NCBI GenBank assembly: GCA_964420035.1
Contig: CAYQQR010000009.1
Location: 32,055-96,054 of the forward strand
Reading direction: 5' to 3'
From: an uncultured Bacteroidaceae bacterium
GTDB taxonomy: Bacteria > Bacteroidota > Bacteroidia > Bacteroidales > SM23-62
DNA length: 64,000 nucleotides
The translations under genes and the position numbers were made by a program. Positions 1 to 9,221 of the stretch are shown here, piece by piece. The number at the start of each line of letters is the position of its first letter. The stretch's first letter is position 1. Below the pieces are notes generated by a model that saw only the letters and a program-made list of their open reading frames with translations, was not told where the DNA came from and did no database searches.

Positions 1-427
1 GAATTTCTCCCTTTAAGCGGTATTTGAACCGGTCCTTGTAGCCTCTTAAGAACAATGCCGGGTTCGTGGTCAGAAGATCCTCTGCATTGGGATCAGGCTC
101 ACTTACATATACTTCCCGGACCTCTTTGTTGTAGTTCCACATGGTCTCACCGTCGAAGAATATCTCGGTCGCTCCATAGCTTAGCCTGAATTTGATGTCA
201 TCCATGGCTAAGGTACCCTCCTTGCTCGTGGTTTCACCGGTTTGTTGGGATTCATAGACATAATCGAATACCAGCCTGAACGGATAGTTCTTCTCGTTTT
301 GCTTATTCAGATTATCCAGTATTTCTGCTGCTGCAGGATCTTGCTGGCCGTATCCAAAAAGGAATGTCGTTGCCCATATGAGGCAGGACCATATGATAGC
401 TTTATTTGTCACTTTCTGTGCTTTCAT
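1..427 (-). CDS. LolA-like outer-membrane lipoprotein carrier protein (3' end runs off window start)
   Basis: Not in the ORF track because there is no in-window stop. Hand translation from ATG at 427: MKAQKVTNKAIIWSCLIWATTFLFGYGQQDPAAAEILDNLNKQ...GTLAMDDIKFRLSYGATEIFFDGETMWNYNKEVREVYVSEPD. It has a signal peptide and a LolA-like strand pattern. The ftsK-lolA order is typical of Bacteroidota. The start overlaps the ftsK stop by 26 nt. Confidence 0.6.
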   Translation of the reverse strand, partial: MKAQKVTNKAIIWSCLIWATTFLFGYGQQDPAAAEILDNLNKQNEKNYPFRLVFDYVYESQQTGETTSKEGTLAMDDIKFRLSYGATEIFFDGETMWNYNKEVREVYVSEPDPNAEDLLTTNPALFLRGYKDRFKYRLKGEI

Positions 428-2774
428 GAGAATCGTTCAAATATTGTTCCAGACTGTACTCGTCCTGGAATTTCACCTGCCGGGCCTTGCTGCCTTCATA
501 GGGACCGACGATCCCGGCTGCTTCCAGCTGGTCGATGATACGTCCGGCCCGGTTGTAGCCTATGGAAAATTTTCGCTGTATAAGGGAAGTGGAGCCTTGC
601 TGATGCTGCACGACCAACCTTGCAGCATCTTCAAATAGTTCGTCTCTTTTACCGTTATCCATATCACCGAATCCGGATTCATCCTCTTCCTTAACTTCCG
701 GCAGGAGGAAAGCAGAGTTAAAGCTTTGTTGTTCGCTAACGAAATCGGTGATGACATCAATTTCGCTTGTGTCAATAAAGGCACATTGCAGGCGGGTGAG
801 TTCACTGCCATGGGAGATCAACATATCACCGCGACCCACCAACTGGTTGGCACCCGGGGTGTCCAGTATGGTCCTGGAATCCACCATTGCCGTAACTTTG
901 AAGGCGATGCGGGCGGGGAAATTAGCCTTTATGGTACCCGTGATAATGTTGGTTGACGGTCGCTGTGTGGCAATGATCAGGTGGATGCCGACGGCCCGGG
1001 CCAATTGTGCCAGCCGGGCCAGGGGTGTCTCAATTTCACGTCCAGCCGTCATTATAAGGTCGGCGAACTCATCAACGATCATCACAATATAGGGCAGGTA
1101 GCGATGACCTTTTTGCGGATTCAGTTGACGGGAAATGAATTTCTGATTGTATTCCTTAATATTCCTGACCTTAGCCTTTTTGAGGAGATTGTATCGCTGG
1201 TCCATCTCAATGGTCAGGGATTGAAGCGTCCGGATAACGTGTTTGACATCATTGACTATGGGTTCTTCGATATCCGGCAACTTAGCCAGGAAATGTTTTT
1301 CTATCTTGCTGTATAAGGTAAGTTCAACCTTTTTGGGGTCGATCATGACGAATTTTAGCTGGGCCGGATGCATACGGTAAAGCAGCGAAGCAATGATGGC
1401 ATTCAGTCCGACCGATTTACCCTGGCCGGTAGCTCCGGCAATTAATAAATGGGGCATCCTGGTCAGATCGAACATGTAGGTTTCGTTGGAAATGGTCTTG
1501 CCCAGGCCGATAGCCAGGTCAAATTTCGATTCCCTGAATTTTTTCGAAGATATGATGGAACGCATGGATACGATTTCCGGATTTTGATTGGGTACTTCTA
1601 TCCCAATGGTGCCCCTTCCCGGTATGGGTGCGATGATCCTTATCCCGAGGGCCGCCAGGCTTAAGGCAATGTCATCTTCAAGATTTTTGATCTTTGAAAT
1701 ACGGATTCCCGGTGCCGGCACGATTTCATAAAGGGTGATGGTGGGACCGATGGTAGCTTTGATCTTATCGATCTGTATCTTATAATTCCCCAGGGTCTCC
1801 ACGATACGGTTCTTGTTACTGATCAGTTCTTCATTGCTTACTTCAGAATTTCCCATGGAATGATCTTCCAGAAGCTCCAATGGGGGGTACTGGTAACGGG
1901 ACAGTTCCAGGGTGGGATCGAAATCTTCCCGGTCCTGACCGGTGAATTCCCCACTTTGCGTAAGCTCCTCCTTGAGTTGTTCGACGGTCAGTTTCACACC
2001 CCCTTCCTGTTCAGCCAGGTCACGGGTGGCAAAGCGCAGTTCTTCAGGGACTTCTTCCTCTTGTACAGCTCCGTTTTTTTCAAGGCCTTCGGGTTCACTG
2101 ATTTTTTCTTTCTGTTTTTCTTCAAAATTGTCCGATTCATCATTTGGCTCTTCAGTATCTTCTGTATCTTCAGCAGCCACCTGCCGTATTAAGAATTGGA
2201 TAAGACGGTTTACTGATGGGTATGAGGACAGCACGATAAAGGTAAACCAAACAAAAATAATCAATAAGAGCGCTCCGGTGCGTCCCAAAATGGTATTAAG
2301 CCATTCACTCATATAATATCCGTGTGCCCCGCCCGGTCCGCTTCCCAGAAAGCCGGAGGCTTCAGCGAAAATATATCCCATGGTAACGGAAATAATGATC
2401 ATCGCGGAAAGAGCAATCAGGACAGTCCTTCTTAGAGGCAGAAGCCGTATTCCAAATAGTCTTGTCCCGGCAATGAACAGCAGAAAGGGCACCAAAAGGG
2501 AGGACAAGCCGAACCATTTATGGATAAATACATTGGAAAGCCATGCACCGGCTCTTCCTGCCCAGTTTTCAGCACGAAGGTCCAGTCCGGAAGTTATATG
2601 CTCCCAGTCGAAGCTCTGATCCACCTTCCAGGTAAAAAGATAAGAAACAAAGGACAGGGTCATGTAGAATGAGAACAGGATAATAAAGGATCCCAATACC
2701 ATCTTGATCCTTTCATCCCTGAACAATAACAGGATACCGTTTCTCTTGTTTCTTTTTTTTGTTTTGACCGGCAT
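402..2774 (-). CDS. ftsK: DNA translocase FtsK/SpoIIIE
   Basis: 790 aa with N-terminal TM helices, an acidic linker, Walker A (AGATGQGKSVGLN), Walker B (IVMIVDEFADL) and a C-terminal gamma winged helix (STSLIQRKFSIGYNRAGRIIDQLEAAGIVGP). Confidence 0.95.
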   Translation of the reverse strand: MPVKTKKRNKRNGILLLFRDERIKMVLGSFIILFSFYMTLSFVSYLFTWKVDQSFDWEHITSGLDLRAENWAGRAGAWLSNVFIHKWFGLSSLLVPFLLFIAGTRLFGIRLLPLRRTVLIALSAMIIISVTMGYIFAEASGFLGSGPGGAHGYYMSEWLNTILGRTGALLLIIFVWFTFIVLSSYPSVNRLIQFLIRQVAAEDTEDTEEPNDESDNFEEKQKEKISEPEGLEKNGAVQEEEVPEELRFATRDLAEQEGGVKLTVEQLKEELTQSGEFTGQDREDFDPTLELSRYQYPPLELLEDHSMGNSEVSNEELISNKNRIVETLGNYKIQIDKIKATIGPTITLYEIVPAPGIRISKIKNLEDDIALSLAALGIRIIAPIPGRGTIGIEVPNQNPEIVSMRSIISSKKFRESKFDLAIGLGKTISNETYMFDLTRMPHLLIAGATGQGKSVGLNAIIASLLYRMHPAQLKFVMIDPKKVELTLYSKIEKHFLAKLPDIEEPIVNDVKHVIRTLQSLTIEMDQRYNLLKKAKVRNIKEYNQKFISRQLNPQKGHRYLPYIVMIVDEFADLIMTAGREIETPLARLAQLARAVGIHLIIATQRPSTNIITGTIKANFPARIAFKVTAMVDSRTILDTPGANQLVGRGDMLISHGSELTRLQCAFIDTSEIDVITDFVSEQQSFNSAFLLPEVKEEDESGFGDMDNGKRDELFEDAARLVVQHQQGSTSLIQRKFSIGYNRAGRIIDQLEAAGIVGPYEGSKARQVKFQDEYSLEQYLNDSHESTESDK

Positions 2775-2826
2775 GGGTAATCAACGGGTTTAATTCGAAG
2801 AACAAAGATAGAAAGCAATTCGCTTT

Positions 2827-3510
2827 TTATTCAAGCAACATCTGTAAAATACTTTCCATATCCGTTCTCGAGATGGTGATGTATTCATCAGGGACCTTGA
2901 ATTGCCTGGCGGGGATCTTTTTGGGTTCCACCCTGGAGGCACGGAGATGCATTCTCACGTTGAGCAGGTCAATCTGGAATTCCATCAGTGTTCCTTCCAC
3001 CTCCCGGAAGGGATTCATTGCATTGGGCGAATCAACATCTATCCTATTGGTATAATAGACCATGAACCTGCTGGTGTCGGAACCGGAAAGCACTGCCTGC
3101 ATAGCCTTGCATTCCAGCCCGGCCAGGGTTTTAACCGTGTCAACAGGGACCAGTTTCATTTGATCCATGGTCCCATAACAGCAGGGCAATTCACCCTTTT
3201 TGCCGTAATAGACATATTTCTTATCTGAAAATTTCAGCAATGTTGCAGTGGTACTGTTTTTCAGATCGGTAATGTTGGTTACTGAAAAAATGCCGAGAAA
3301 TCCCTCTATGGTATTACTGGTCATGTGTTTATTGAATAAGAGGACCATTTTCCTGGGCAGCATCCATTCGGAATAATTCTTTAAATTCTCTTCTATATAG
3401 CTAAGCTTATATTCAATAATACCTTCTTTGATCTTCTTTTCTTTTTCTCTCCTTTCGCCGCAGGAAAAAGTCAGTAATACTAACAACACACTGATCAGGC
3501 TAACGCGCAT
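2827..3510 (-). CDS. hypothetical lipoprotein
   Basis: 227-aa ORF with a lipobox signal (LLVLLTFSC). No recognisable family. Confidence 0.6.
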   Translation of the reverse strand: MRVSLISVLLVLLTFSCGERREKEKKIKEGIIEYKLSYIEENLKNYSEWMLPRKMVLLFNKHMTSNTIEGFLGIFSVTNITDLKNSTTATLLKFSDKKYVYYGKKGELPCCYGTMDQMKLVPVDTVKTLAGLECKAMQAVLSGSDTSRFMVYYTNRIDVDSPNAMNPFREVEGTLMEFQIDLLNVRMHLRASRVEPKKIPARQFKVPDEYITISRTDMESILQMLLE

Positions 3511-3661
3511 GAATATTTTACAGTAAGATGAATGCTCTAAAATACTAATTCTAATTGGAAATTAGCGACTTTGAATGGGCGGACCGAAAGTCGGTATGAT
3601 ATAATATTAAAGACTGTTGTTAAACAATGGTTTTGGCATTATTCTGAGATTGCGAATTGAT

Positions 3662-3669
3662 TAGTTTTG
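3662..3669 (+). promoter_or_regulatory. candidate Bacteroidota -7 promoter box (TAGTTTTG, consensus TAnnTTTG) upstream of arcC
   Basis: Exact match to the TAnnTTTG pattern, 10 nt before the first ATG of arcC. Confidence 0.35.
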
Positions 3670-3679
3670 TATCCTCAAT

Positions 3680-4645
3680 ATGAACAGGATGAATAAACTT
3701 GCTGTAGTCGCGCTGGGTGGTAATGCACTCCTGAGAGGAGACCAGGCAGGAACCATTGAGGAACAGGAACAAAATACCACCGATACACTGGAAAACCTGG
3801 TCTTTTTATTGAACGAAGACTACAATCTGGTTCTCAGTCATGGCAACGGTCCCCAGGTGGGGAATATCATCATGCGCAATGATGCAGGGGAACAGGTCTA
3901 TGGCATACCCCAGATGCCTATTGATATTTGTGTTGCTGATTCACAGGGTGGTATCGGCTATATGATCGAAAGGATGCTTTTGAATGTCCTGAACAAGCAT
4001 AAGATCGACAGGGAAGTGGTAACCCTGGTTACCCAGGTCGTTGTCAACAAGGATGATTCTGCCTTTAAGGACCCCGCCAAACGCGTAGGAAAGATATATA
4101 CCCGGGAAAAAGCCGACAGGCTGCAACGGAAAAAGGGATGGATATTCAAGGAAGAGTTAAAAAAGGAAGGGGGCCGGCGCAGGGTTGTACCTTCGCCGCA
4201 TCCTGTAAGGATCATGAATGAAAAGGTTGTTGAAAATATGGCCCGGCAGGGTATTATTGTCATTGCATCGGGTGGAGGGGGCATACCTGTATACATTGAT
4301 GAAAAAGGGGATATACGGCCCTCGGAAGCCGTTATCGATAAAGACCTGGCGTCTTCATTGATGGCAGCTCGTATCGGAGCCGATGAATTTTATATTCTTA
4401 CCGATGTGCCCTATGTTTATCTGAATTATAAAAAACCGAATCAACAAATCGTTGAATTCCTTGACCACGAGGATACTACGCGCTTTCTGAATGAAGGGAT
4501 GTTCGGGGAAGGATCCATGGCGCCGAAGATACGGGCCTGTCTTCAGTTTATTGAGCAAGGGGGTCAGAAATCGGTCATTACCGAAGCCTTCAAGCTGGAA
4601 GACAAGCGCTACGGAACCAAAATTACCATGCAGTACGATTCTTAG
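3680..4645 (+). CDS. arcC: carbamate kinase
   Basis: 321 aa. The N-terminus KLAVVALGGNALL, HGNGPQVG, and overall length and shape match the carbamate kinase family. The start could instead be the ATG at 3689. Confidence 0.9.
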   Translation: MNRMNKLAVVALGGNALLRGDQAGTIEEQEQNTTDTLENLVFLLNEDYNLVLSHGNGPQVGNIIMRNDAGEQVYGIPQMPIDICVADSQGGIGYMIERMLLNVLNKHKIDREVVTLVTQVVVNKDDSAFKDPAKRVGKIYTREKADRLQRKKGWIFKEELKKEGGRRRVVPSPHPVRIMNEKVVENMARQGIIVIASGGGGIPVYIDEKGDIRPSEAVIDKDLASSLMAARIGADEFYILTDVPYVYLNYKKPNQQIVEFLDHEDTTRFLNEGMFGEGSMAPKIRACLQFIEQGGQKSVITEAFKLEDKRYGTKITMQYDS

Positions 4646-4717
4646 TGGCCGGTTTCTGGTTTCTGGCTGCTGGTCGTTGGCAATGCTTCCAACGGCAGGC
4701 GACAAGCCACCAGAAAC
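4646..4717. repeat. period-7 micro-tandem array forming an imperfect hairpin (GGTTTCT word)
   Basis: Begins directly after the arcC stop: tggccgg|tttctgg|tttctgg|ctgctgg|tcgttgg. The opposed arm ends in ccagaaac (4710-4717) and is followed by a T-rich tract. Confidence 0.8.
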
Positions 4718-4765
4718 ATTTTGAATAATTTTCAAATTATTAAAATCCAAAGTATTTTCTTTTAC

Positions 4766-4773
4766 TACTTTTG
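4766..4773 (+). promoter_or_regulatory. candidate -7 promoter box (TACTTTTG) upstream of argF
   Basis: Matches TAnnTTTG. Its position argues against the TTG at 4771 as the start and favours ATG 4783 or 4792. Confidence 0.35.
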
Positions 4774-4782
4774 CAGTCTAAA

Positions 4783-5793
4783 ATGACAATTATGGCTTTT
4801 AACCTACGCAACCGGCACTTTTTGAAACTCCTTGATTTTACTCCGGATGAGATACGTTTTTTACTGGACCTTTCTTTTACGCTCAAGCGGGCTAAATACA
4901 GCGGTACCGAACAGCACCGGCTGAAGGGCAAGAATATTGCCCTGATCTTTGAGAAAACCTCTACCCGTACCCGCTGTGCTTTTGAAGTGGCTGCCTATGA
5001 TCAGGGTGCCCATGTTTCTTATCTGGGACCCACGGGCTCACAGATCGGTAATAAAGAATCGATGAAAGATACGGCCAGGGTCCTGGGCCGTATGTACGAC
5101 GGAATCGAATACCGGGGCTTTGGTCAGAAGATTATAGAACAACTGGCCAAATATGCCGGGGTACCCGTCTGGAACGGTCTTACCGACGAGTTTCATCCAA
5201 CCCAGGTGTTGGCTGATTTGATGACCATGCAGGAACATTGCGACAAACCCCTTTCAGATATCAAATTTGCCTACCTGGGGGATGCCCGGAACAACATGGG
5301 CAATTCACTCATGGTGGGCGCTGCCCAGATGGGTATGGATTTCAGGGCCGTTGCTCCCAGGCAGAATCAACCCTCTGAAGAGCTGGTCAAATCGTGTGGG
5401 GAAATTGCATCAACAACCGGTGCTTCCGTTACTCTAACAGATGACCCGGGGAAAGGGGTGAAGGATGTTGACTTTTTGTATACCGATGTATGGGTTTCCA
5501 TGGGAGAACCTGAAGAGGTGTGGGAACAACGGATAGAATTAATGAAGGACTACCAGGTTAATTCAGAGCTCCTGAAAAAGACGGGTAATCCCAAAGTTAA
5601 GTTCCTGCATTGTTTACCGGCCTTTCATAACAGGGAAACAAAAGTAGGAGAGGAGATATACAATAAATTTGGCCTGGAATCCATGGAGGTTACCGAAGAC
5701 GTATTCGAATCAAAGTACTCTATTGTTTTCGAAGAAGCCGAAAACCGCGTCCATACCATTAAAGCGGTTATGGTGGCCACCCTGGGTGAATGA
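4783..5793 (+). CDS. argF: ornithine carbamoyltransferase
   Basis: Motifs [13 protein letters not shown] and HCLPAFH. The C-terminus [21 protein letters not shown] is close to enterobacterial ArgF/ArgI. Start is ambiguous (4771 TTG, 4783 or 4792 ATG). Confidence 0.92.
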   Translation: MTIMAFNLRNRHFLKLLDFTPDEIRFLLDLSFTLKRAKYSGTEQHRLKGKNIALIFEKTSTRTRCAFEVAAYDQGAHVSYLGPTGSQIGNKESMKDTARVLGRMYDGIEYRGFGQKIIEQLAKYAGVPVWNGLTDEFHPTQVLADLMTMQEHCDKPLSDIKFAYLGDARNNMGNSLMVGAAQMGMDFRAVAPRQNQPSEELVKSCGEIASTTGASVTLTDDPGKGVKDVDFLYTDVWVSMGEPEEVWEQRIELMKDYQVNSELLKKTGNPKVKFLHCLPAFHNRETKVGEEIYNKFGLESMEVTEDVFESKYSIVFEEAENRVHTIKAVMVATLGE

Positions 5794-5930
5794 GTCTGGT
5801 TTCTGGCCTCTGGCCTTTGACCTTACACCCACACCCAATCCCCACACCCTCATTCTGAATTCTGAATTAATAAGGCTACTTCCTACTTCCATTAATTTCT
5901 CCCCTCATTTTGTGAATTGTGGATTTTTTT
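5794..5930. repeat. period-7 micro-tandem array containing copy 1 (core) of the dispersed CACACCC element
   Basis: From 5801: ttctggc|ctctggc|ctttgac|cttacac|ccacacc|caatccc|cacaccc|tcattct|gaattct|gaattaa. Continues as ctacttc|ctacttc|cattaat. Confidence 0.8.
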
Positions 5931-5969
5931 TTCATAACTTGTATGAAGTTCAACATTTTACACGTTCAA

Positions 5970-6224
5970 ATGATCTTATATGTCGGTAACATAGCTTATT
6001 CATTATCTGACGAGGACCTGAAAAAAGTATTTGAAGAATATGGAGAAGTTAATGCGGCTAAAATCGTCAGATACAAAAGCAGCGGCAGATCAAAGGGTTA
6101 TGGTTTTGTTGAAATGCTCAATGAAGAGGAAGCGGAAAAGGCTATTGGCGAACTGGAAGGCAAGATCGTTCAGGGCCGGAATTTGAGAGTAGCTAAAGCA
6201 AAAATCCAGACCTTCACGGAGTAA
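5970..6224 (+). CDS. RRM-type RNA-binding protein
   Basis: RNP2 (ILYVGNI) and RNP1 (KGYGFVEM) motifs. The size of about 85 aa is typical of bacterial Rbp proteins. Start placed at the internal ATG (MILYVGN). Confidence 0.85.
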   Translation: MILYVGNIAYSLSDEDLKKVFEEYGEVNAAKIVRYKSSGRSKGYGFVEMLNEEEAEKAIGELEGKIVQGRNLRVAKAKIQTFTE

Positions 6225-6280
6225 GTCTGGTTTTCATCACCCTGTTTTTCAGGACCGGATTCAACAGGGGTCTTTATTAC

Positions 6281-6769
6281 TCAGGCTGTAAAAAACGCTC
6301 TGACAAAGTAATATGTCATAGTCAGGGATGCGGCTAGTTTTAATCCAACACCAGTCAGAAAACCCAGGAAGGAACCAAAGCCGGCTCTGAATGCCTGCCC
6401 GGATTCCTTACCGTCAATTACTTCACCAATAACGGCACCGACGAAAGGTCCCACGATAATTCCCAGGGGTGGGAAAAAGAATAATCCGAGGACAAGACCG
6501 ATCACGGCTCCCCAGATCCCCTTTTTTGATCCTCCGAAACGTTTTGTTCCCCACATGGGCACGATATAGTCCAAAACGGTAACCAGGATGGCCAGAAAGG
6601 CAAAAAACAATAAAAATGCAGCACTGAAATCGCCCCAGCGGGTGAAATGCAACATCAACAGTCCCGCGAAACTCACCGGCGGACCCGGGATCACGGGTAA
6701 GACGCATCCCAGAATGCCCAGGATGATCAATATTATACCTAATCCAACAAGCAGGAAATCTACAACCAT
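6281..6769 (-). CDS. DUF456 family membrane protein
   Basis: 162 aa with 4 TM helices. LGCVLPVIPGPPVSFAG and GGSKKGIWGA patterns are typical of DUF456. Confidence 0.7.
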   Translation of the reverse strand: MVVDFLLVGLGIILIILGILGCVLPVIPGPPVSFAGLLMLHFTRWGDFSAAFLLFFAFLAILVTVLDYIVPMWGTKRFGGSKKGIWGAVIGLVLGLFFFPPLGIIVGPFVGAVIGEVIDGKESGQAFRAGFGSFLGFLTGVGLKLAASLTMTYYFVRAFFTA

Positions 6770-6785
6770 TTCGGTATTGTCAGGT

Positions 6786-6846
6786 GTTGCGCGTTACGGG
6801 TAAGAAATCAAAAACCACGCGTAACCCGTAACCCGAAACACGTAAC
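6786..6846. repeat. period-7 array (CGTAACC word) with hairpin potential
   Basis: acgcgta|acccgta|acccgaa|acacgta|acgatat. The upstream gttacgggt (about 6802) is complementary to acccgtaac. Confidence 0.75.
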
Positions 6847-6852
6847 GATATT

Positions 6853-7203
6853 TTACATCTTCAATCTTACATCTTCAATCACCGTGTACCCCACTTTCTC
6901 AATAGCCCCTGCAATCTCTTCCGGGGTGGTTTTGGTTTTATCGTAACTGACTTTCGCTACCGAACCAAGGTGTGAAGCTTTCACTTCTTTGATCCCTTCT
7001 AATGAGGCTACAGATTCCTGCACGGTTTCTTCACAACCGGTACAGGTCATGCCGTGAACCGTAAATTCTGTTTCAATAAGGTTTTCAGGAGCGATTGCAA
7101 TGCTTTCGGCGGTCCCTTCAGATTCATCCTGCTTTTTCTGCTCTGACTGACAGGACAAAATGAAAACAGGGAGGAGCATGAATAAGATAAACTTTATCAT
7201 CAT
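6853..7203 (-). CDS. heavy-metal-associated (HMA) domain lipoprotein, copper-chaperone-like
   Basis: Lipobox FILSC and the GMTCTGCEETV metal-binding CxxC motif. Confidence 0.8.
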   Translation of the reverse strand: MMIKFILFMLLPVFILSCQSEQKKQDESEGTAESIAIAPENLIETEFTVHGMTCTGCEETVQESVASLEGIKEVKASHLGSVAKVSYDKTKTTPEEIAGAIEKVGYTVIEDVRLKM

Positions 7204-7342
7204 AATGTTCTTTTATTGTAAGCGGTAAAAATATACAATTATTCCGAAGGGCAGAACAAAGAAAAAATGTTCCGCGTTCAGCTTTTTGCTTCCTAAGTTG
7301 TAATTCCATATATTTATTTCTTATCGGTTCCTTCTGTGTATC

Positions 7343-8107
7343 TTGGAAGACTACGACAATATATTGAATAAGCTTAGCGATTTTCTGGGTAAGAATCCGG
7401 GAAACCTCAATATCCTTGAGGAGCAGATTGACGTTGACTTGCAGATGGAATATTTTGAGAAATCGAAGAACCGTAATAAAGACCTTGATCCAGAACAGAT
7501 TCTGGGTCGGAAAGATGAGATTTATAATACGAATGAACCGGAAGCTAAACGAAAAGAGCTTTTTACACAACTGGCGGCCCTGGAGAATGTAGAAGCATTT
7601 CGTGTGCTCGAGTCTTATGTGAAATCATCCTGCAAGGAACTCAGAAATTGGGCCATCCTGGCTTTTCAGGAGAGCAGGATGTTGTTGGAAAGCAAATTCC
7701 TGGATGAAAGCCAGGTTTTCATTTCCACCGGATTGGGTGGGAAAGGTGAAAAACTGAGGTATTTCATTGTGCTTATTAAGCACAACGATAAACAGTTCTC
7801 CCCCTTGCAGAAGAAAATAACCAGGAGTGAGCTTCGTTATTGTTTTTCCCTCTATGACAGTGATGTGGAAAAGATACAATTTACCGGACGTTTCTGTACC
7901 ATTGTGGCATTTATCCCTTTGCAGGCCAACATAAAAACGGTTATACGCGACTGCATAGAGGAAACAAACATTTTTGGCAATTTTTTGATGAAGAATTTTA
8001 TTGTGACCAATGTAAAAATGATGGACCGGGGAGAGATAGAAGAATTTATTGATAAGAATAACTCATCAGCAATTAATCCGCCTTCGCGGTCCGCTTCGGC
8101 GGACTAG
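7343..8107 (+). CDS. hypothetical protein
   Basis: 254-aa ORF with a coding-like composition and no recognised motif. The track start is TTG and the first ATG is at 7445. The last ~9 codons lie in a GC-rich hairpin module. Confidence 0.5.
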   Translation: MEDYDNILNKLSDFLGKNPGNLNILEEQIDVDLQMEYFEKSKNRNKDLDPEQILGRKDEIYNTNEPEAKRKELFTQLAALENVEAFRVLESYVKSSCKELRNWAILAFQESRMLLESKFLDESQVFISTGLGGKGEKLRYFIVLIKHNDKQFSPLQKKITRSELRYCFSLYDSDVEKIQFTGRFCTIVAFIPLQANIKTVIRDCIEETNIFGNFLMKNFIVTNVKMMDRGEIEEFIDKNNSSAINPPSRSASAD

Positions 8108-8204
8108 AAGGTATGGGATAATTGGCTTCACCGAGCTCGTAAACCCGGTTCCCCGGAGCTTGCTCCGGAATTCAGGGTCCAGGGCTTGCCCTGGGGTCCA
8201 TACC
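8089..8204 (+). repeat. cluster of three GC-rich short-loop hairpins enclosed by a 7-bp outer helix
   Basis: gtccgc-ttcg-gcggac (8089-8104), ccggag-cttg-ctccgg (8153-8168), ccaggg-cttg-ccctgg (8179-8194), with outer ggtatgg (8110-8116) pairing ccatacc (8198-8204). Confidence 0.6.
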
Positions 8205-8225
8205 AATTGATTAAAAGCTATTGCA

Positions 8226-8525
8226 ATGGCGAAGGACACGATGATCAATATGGCTGTTCAGTTTTTACCCCGTTCCAAAGGCATGCATAGCTATGACCTT
8301 GTTGATGAAGCAATTGAGGTTATAGAGGAATCCGGACTGAAACACAGGGTTTGCCCCTTTGAAACCGTTGTGGAAGGTCACTGGGATGAGCTTATGAAAC
8401 TCCTGGAAGCAATGAAGGAGCGGTGTTTTGCAGAAGGAGCTTTGGAAATCCTGGTCAACATCAAGCTGCAGATGAAAAAGGATGCTGATGTTCACATAGA
8501 AGACAAAATGCAGAAATACTCTTGA
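8226..8525 (+). CDS. MTH1187/YkoF-family (DUF77) thiamine-binding-like protein
   Basis: About 99 aa with the pattern MAVQFLP...SY..VDEAIEVI..SGL......FETVVEG.WDE, characteristic of the MTH1187 family. Confidence 0.7.
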   Translation: MAKDTMINMAVQFLPRSKGMHSYDLVDEAIEVIEESGLKHRVCPFETVVEGHWDELMKLLEAMKERCFAEGALEILVNIKLQMKKDADVHIEDKMQKYS

Positions 8526-8559
8526 GCTAACCGCCACTTGGACGATTAACAAAACACCC

Positions 8560-8645
8560 CTCGATTGCCGAACCAAGACTGCATGCCCGACAGGCAGGGA
8601 ACCAAGTTCCGATAGCTATCGGGAAAGGAACTAAGGAACCTGGGA
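8560..8645. repeat. intergenic word array (GGAACC word) with a perfect 14-bp palindrome
   Basis: ccgatagctatcgg (8609-8622), flanked by gggaacc, aggaact, aaggaacc and tgggaact. Lies between convergent genes. Confidence 0.65.
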
Positions 8646-8649
8646 ACTC

Positions 8650-9042
8650 CTAAGATTTATCCTCAAGATCCTCGAAATCTACATCACTGGAATAGTTCTC
8701 GGAAACGGTTTCTTCAACCTGATTCGTTTTTTCCTCCTTGTCTTCGGGTAATTCTGTCATTTCAGGAGCTGAGTCCCGAATGAATTGAATGGCTTCGGCC
8801 AATCCCTCCGAAAACTTGTCGAAATCTTCCTTGTAGAGAAATAACTTGTGTTTTTCGTAGAAAAATCGACCATCCCGGTTGAATCTTTTTTTACTTTCGG
8901 TAATGGTCAGGTAATAATCATTTCTTCGGGTCGCTTTAACATCGAAGAAATACGTTCTTTTTCCCGCCCTGACAGGCTTGGCGAAAATCTCTTCACGTTC
9001 TGAATTTTGCGCGTCAGTTTTCTCTGTTCCTTCGGACATCAT
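8650..9042 (-). CDS. DUF3276 (PUR-alpha-like) nucleic-acid-binding protein
   Basis: The block VRAGKRTYFFDVKATRRNDYYLTITESKKRF....FYEKHKLFLYKEDF.KF is typical of Bacteroidota DUF3276. Confidence 0.75.
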   Translation of the reverse strand: MMSEGTEKTDAQNSEREEIFAKPVRAGKRTYFFDVKATRRNDYYLTITESKKRFNRDGRFFYEKHKLFLYKEDFDKFSEGLAEAIQFIRDSAPEMTELPEDKEEKTNQVEETVSENYSSDVDFEDLEDKS

Positions 9043-9221
9043 GCATTAGTTTAGTTAATGGTTGTCAATTGTTTTCAAAAATAAAAAAATATTTATGAAA
9101 AAGTCATAATTTAGTCGCTTTTGAGCCCTTGTAGCTTAAATAACTCTTATTTAGATAGTTTCAAAAAAAGGACTTGATTGAAGTTTATTTCATCTTTACC
9201 TTTACGAGGTTCTTTTAAATT

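Noticed and set aside
242-638. Plus-strand ORFs 242-538 and 378-638
   Set aside because: They are antisense to the ftsK 3' end and the lolA-like 5' end, and their products are Cys/Leu-rich nonsense.
5710-5892. Possible conserved small peptide MR(V/L)WGLGVGV… encoded by the dispersed CACACCC element (also 61001-61192 minus and 47570-47620 plus)
   Set aside because: The shared peptide is only a consequence of the shared DNA. The three ORFs have different lengths and ends (16, 60 and 63 aa), extend antisense into neighbouring genes, and have no RBS or promoter context.
6232-6275. Rho-independent terminator between the RRM gene and the DUF456 gene
   Set aside because: Only a 7-bp stem (ccctgtt/aacaggg) with a 16-nt loop and a weak T tract. 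This is too weak to call confidently.
8108-8225. TPP riboswitch upstream of the thiamine-binding-family (YkoF/MTH1187-like) gene
   Set aside because: The conserved TPP aptamer segments (CUGAGA and ACCUGAUCUGGAUAAUGCCAGCG-like) are absent. The hairpins resemble the genome's generic GC hairpin and word modules.
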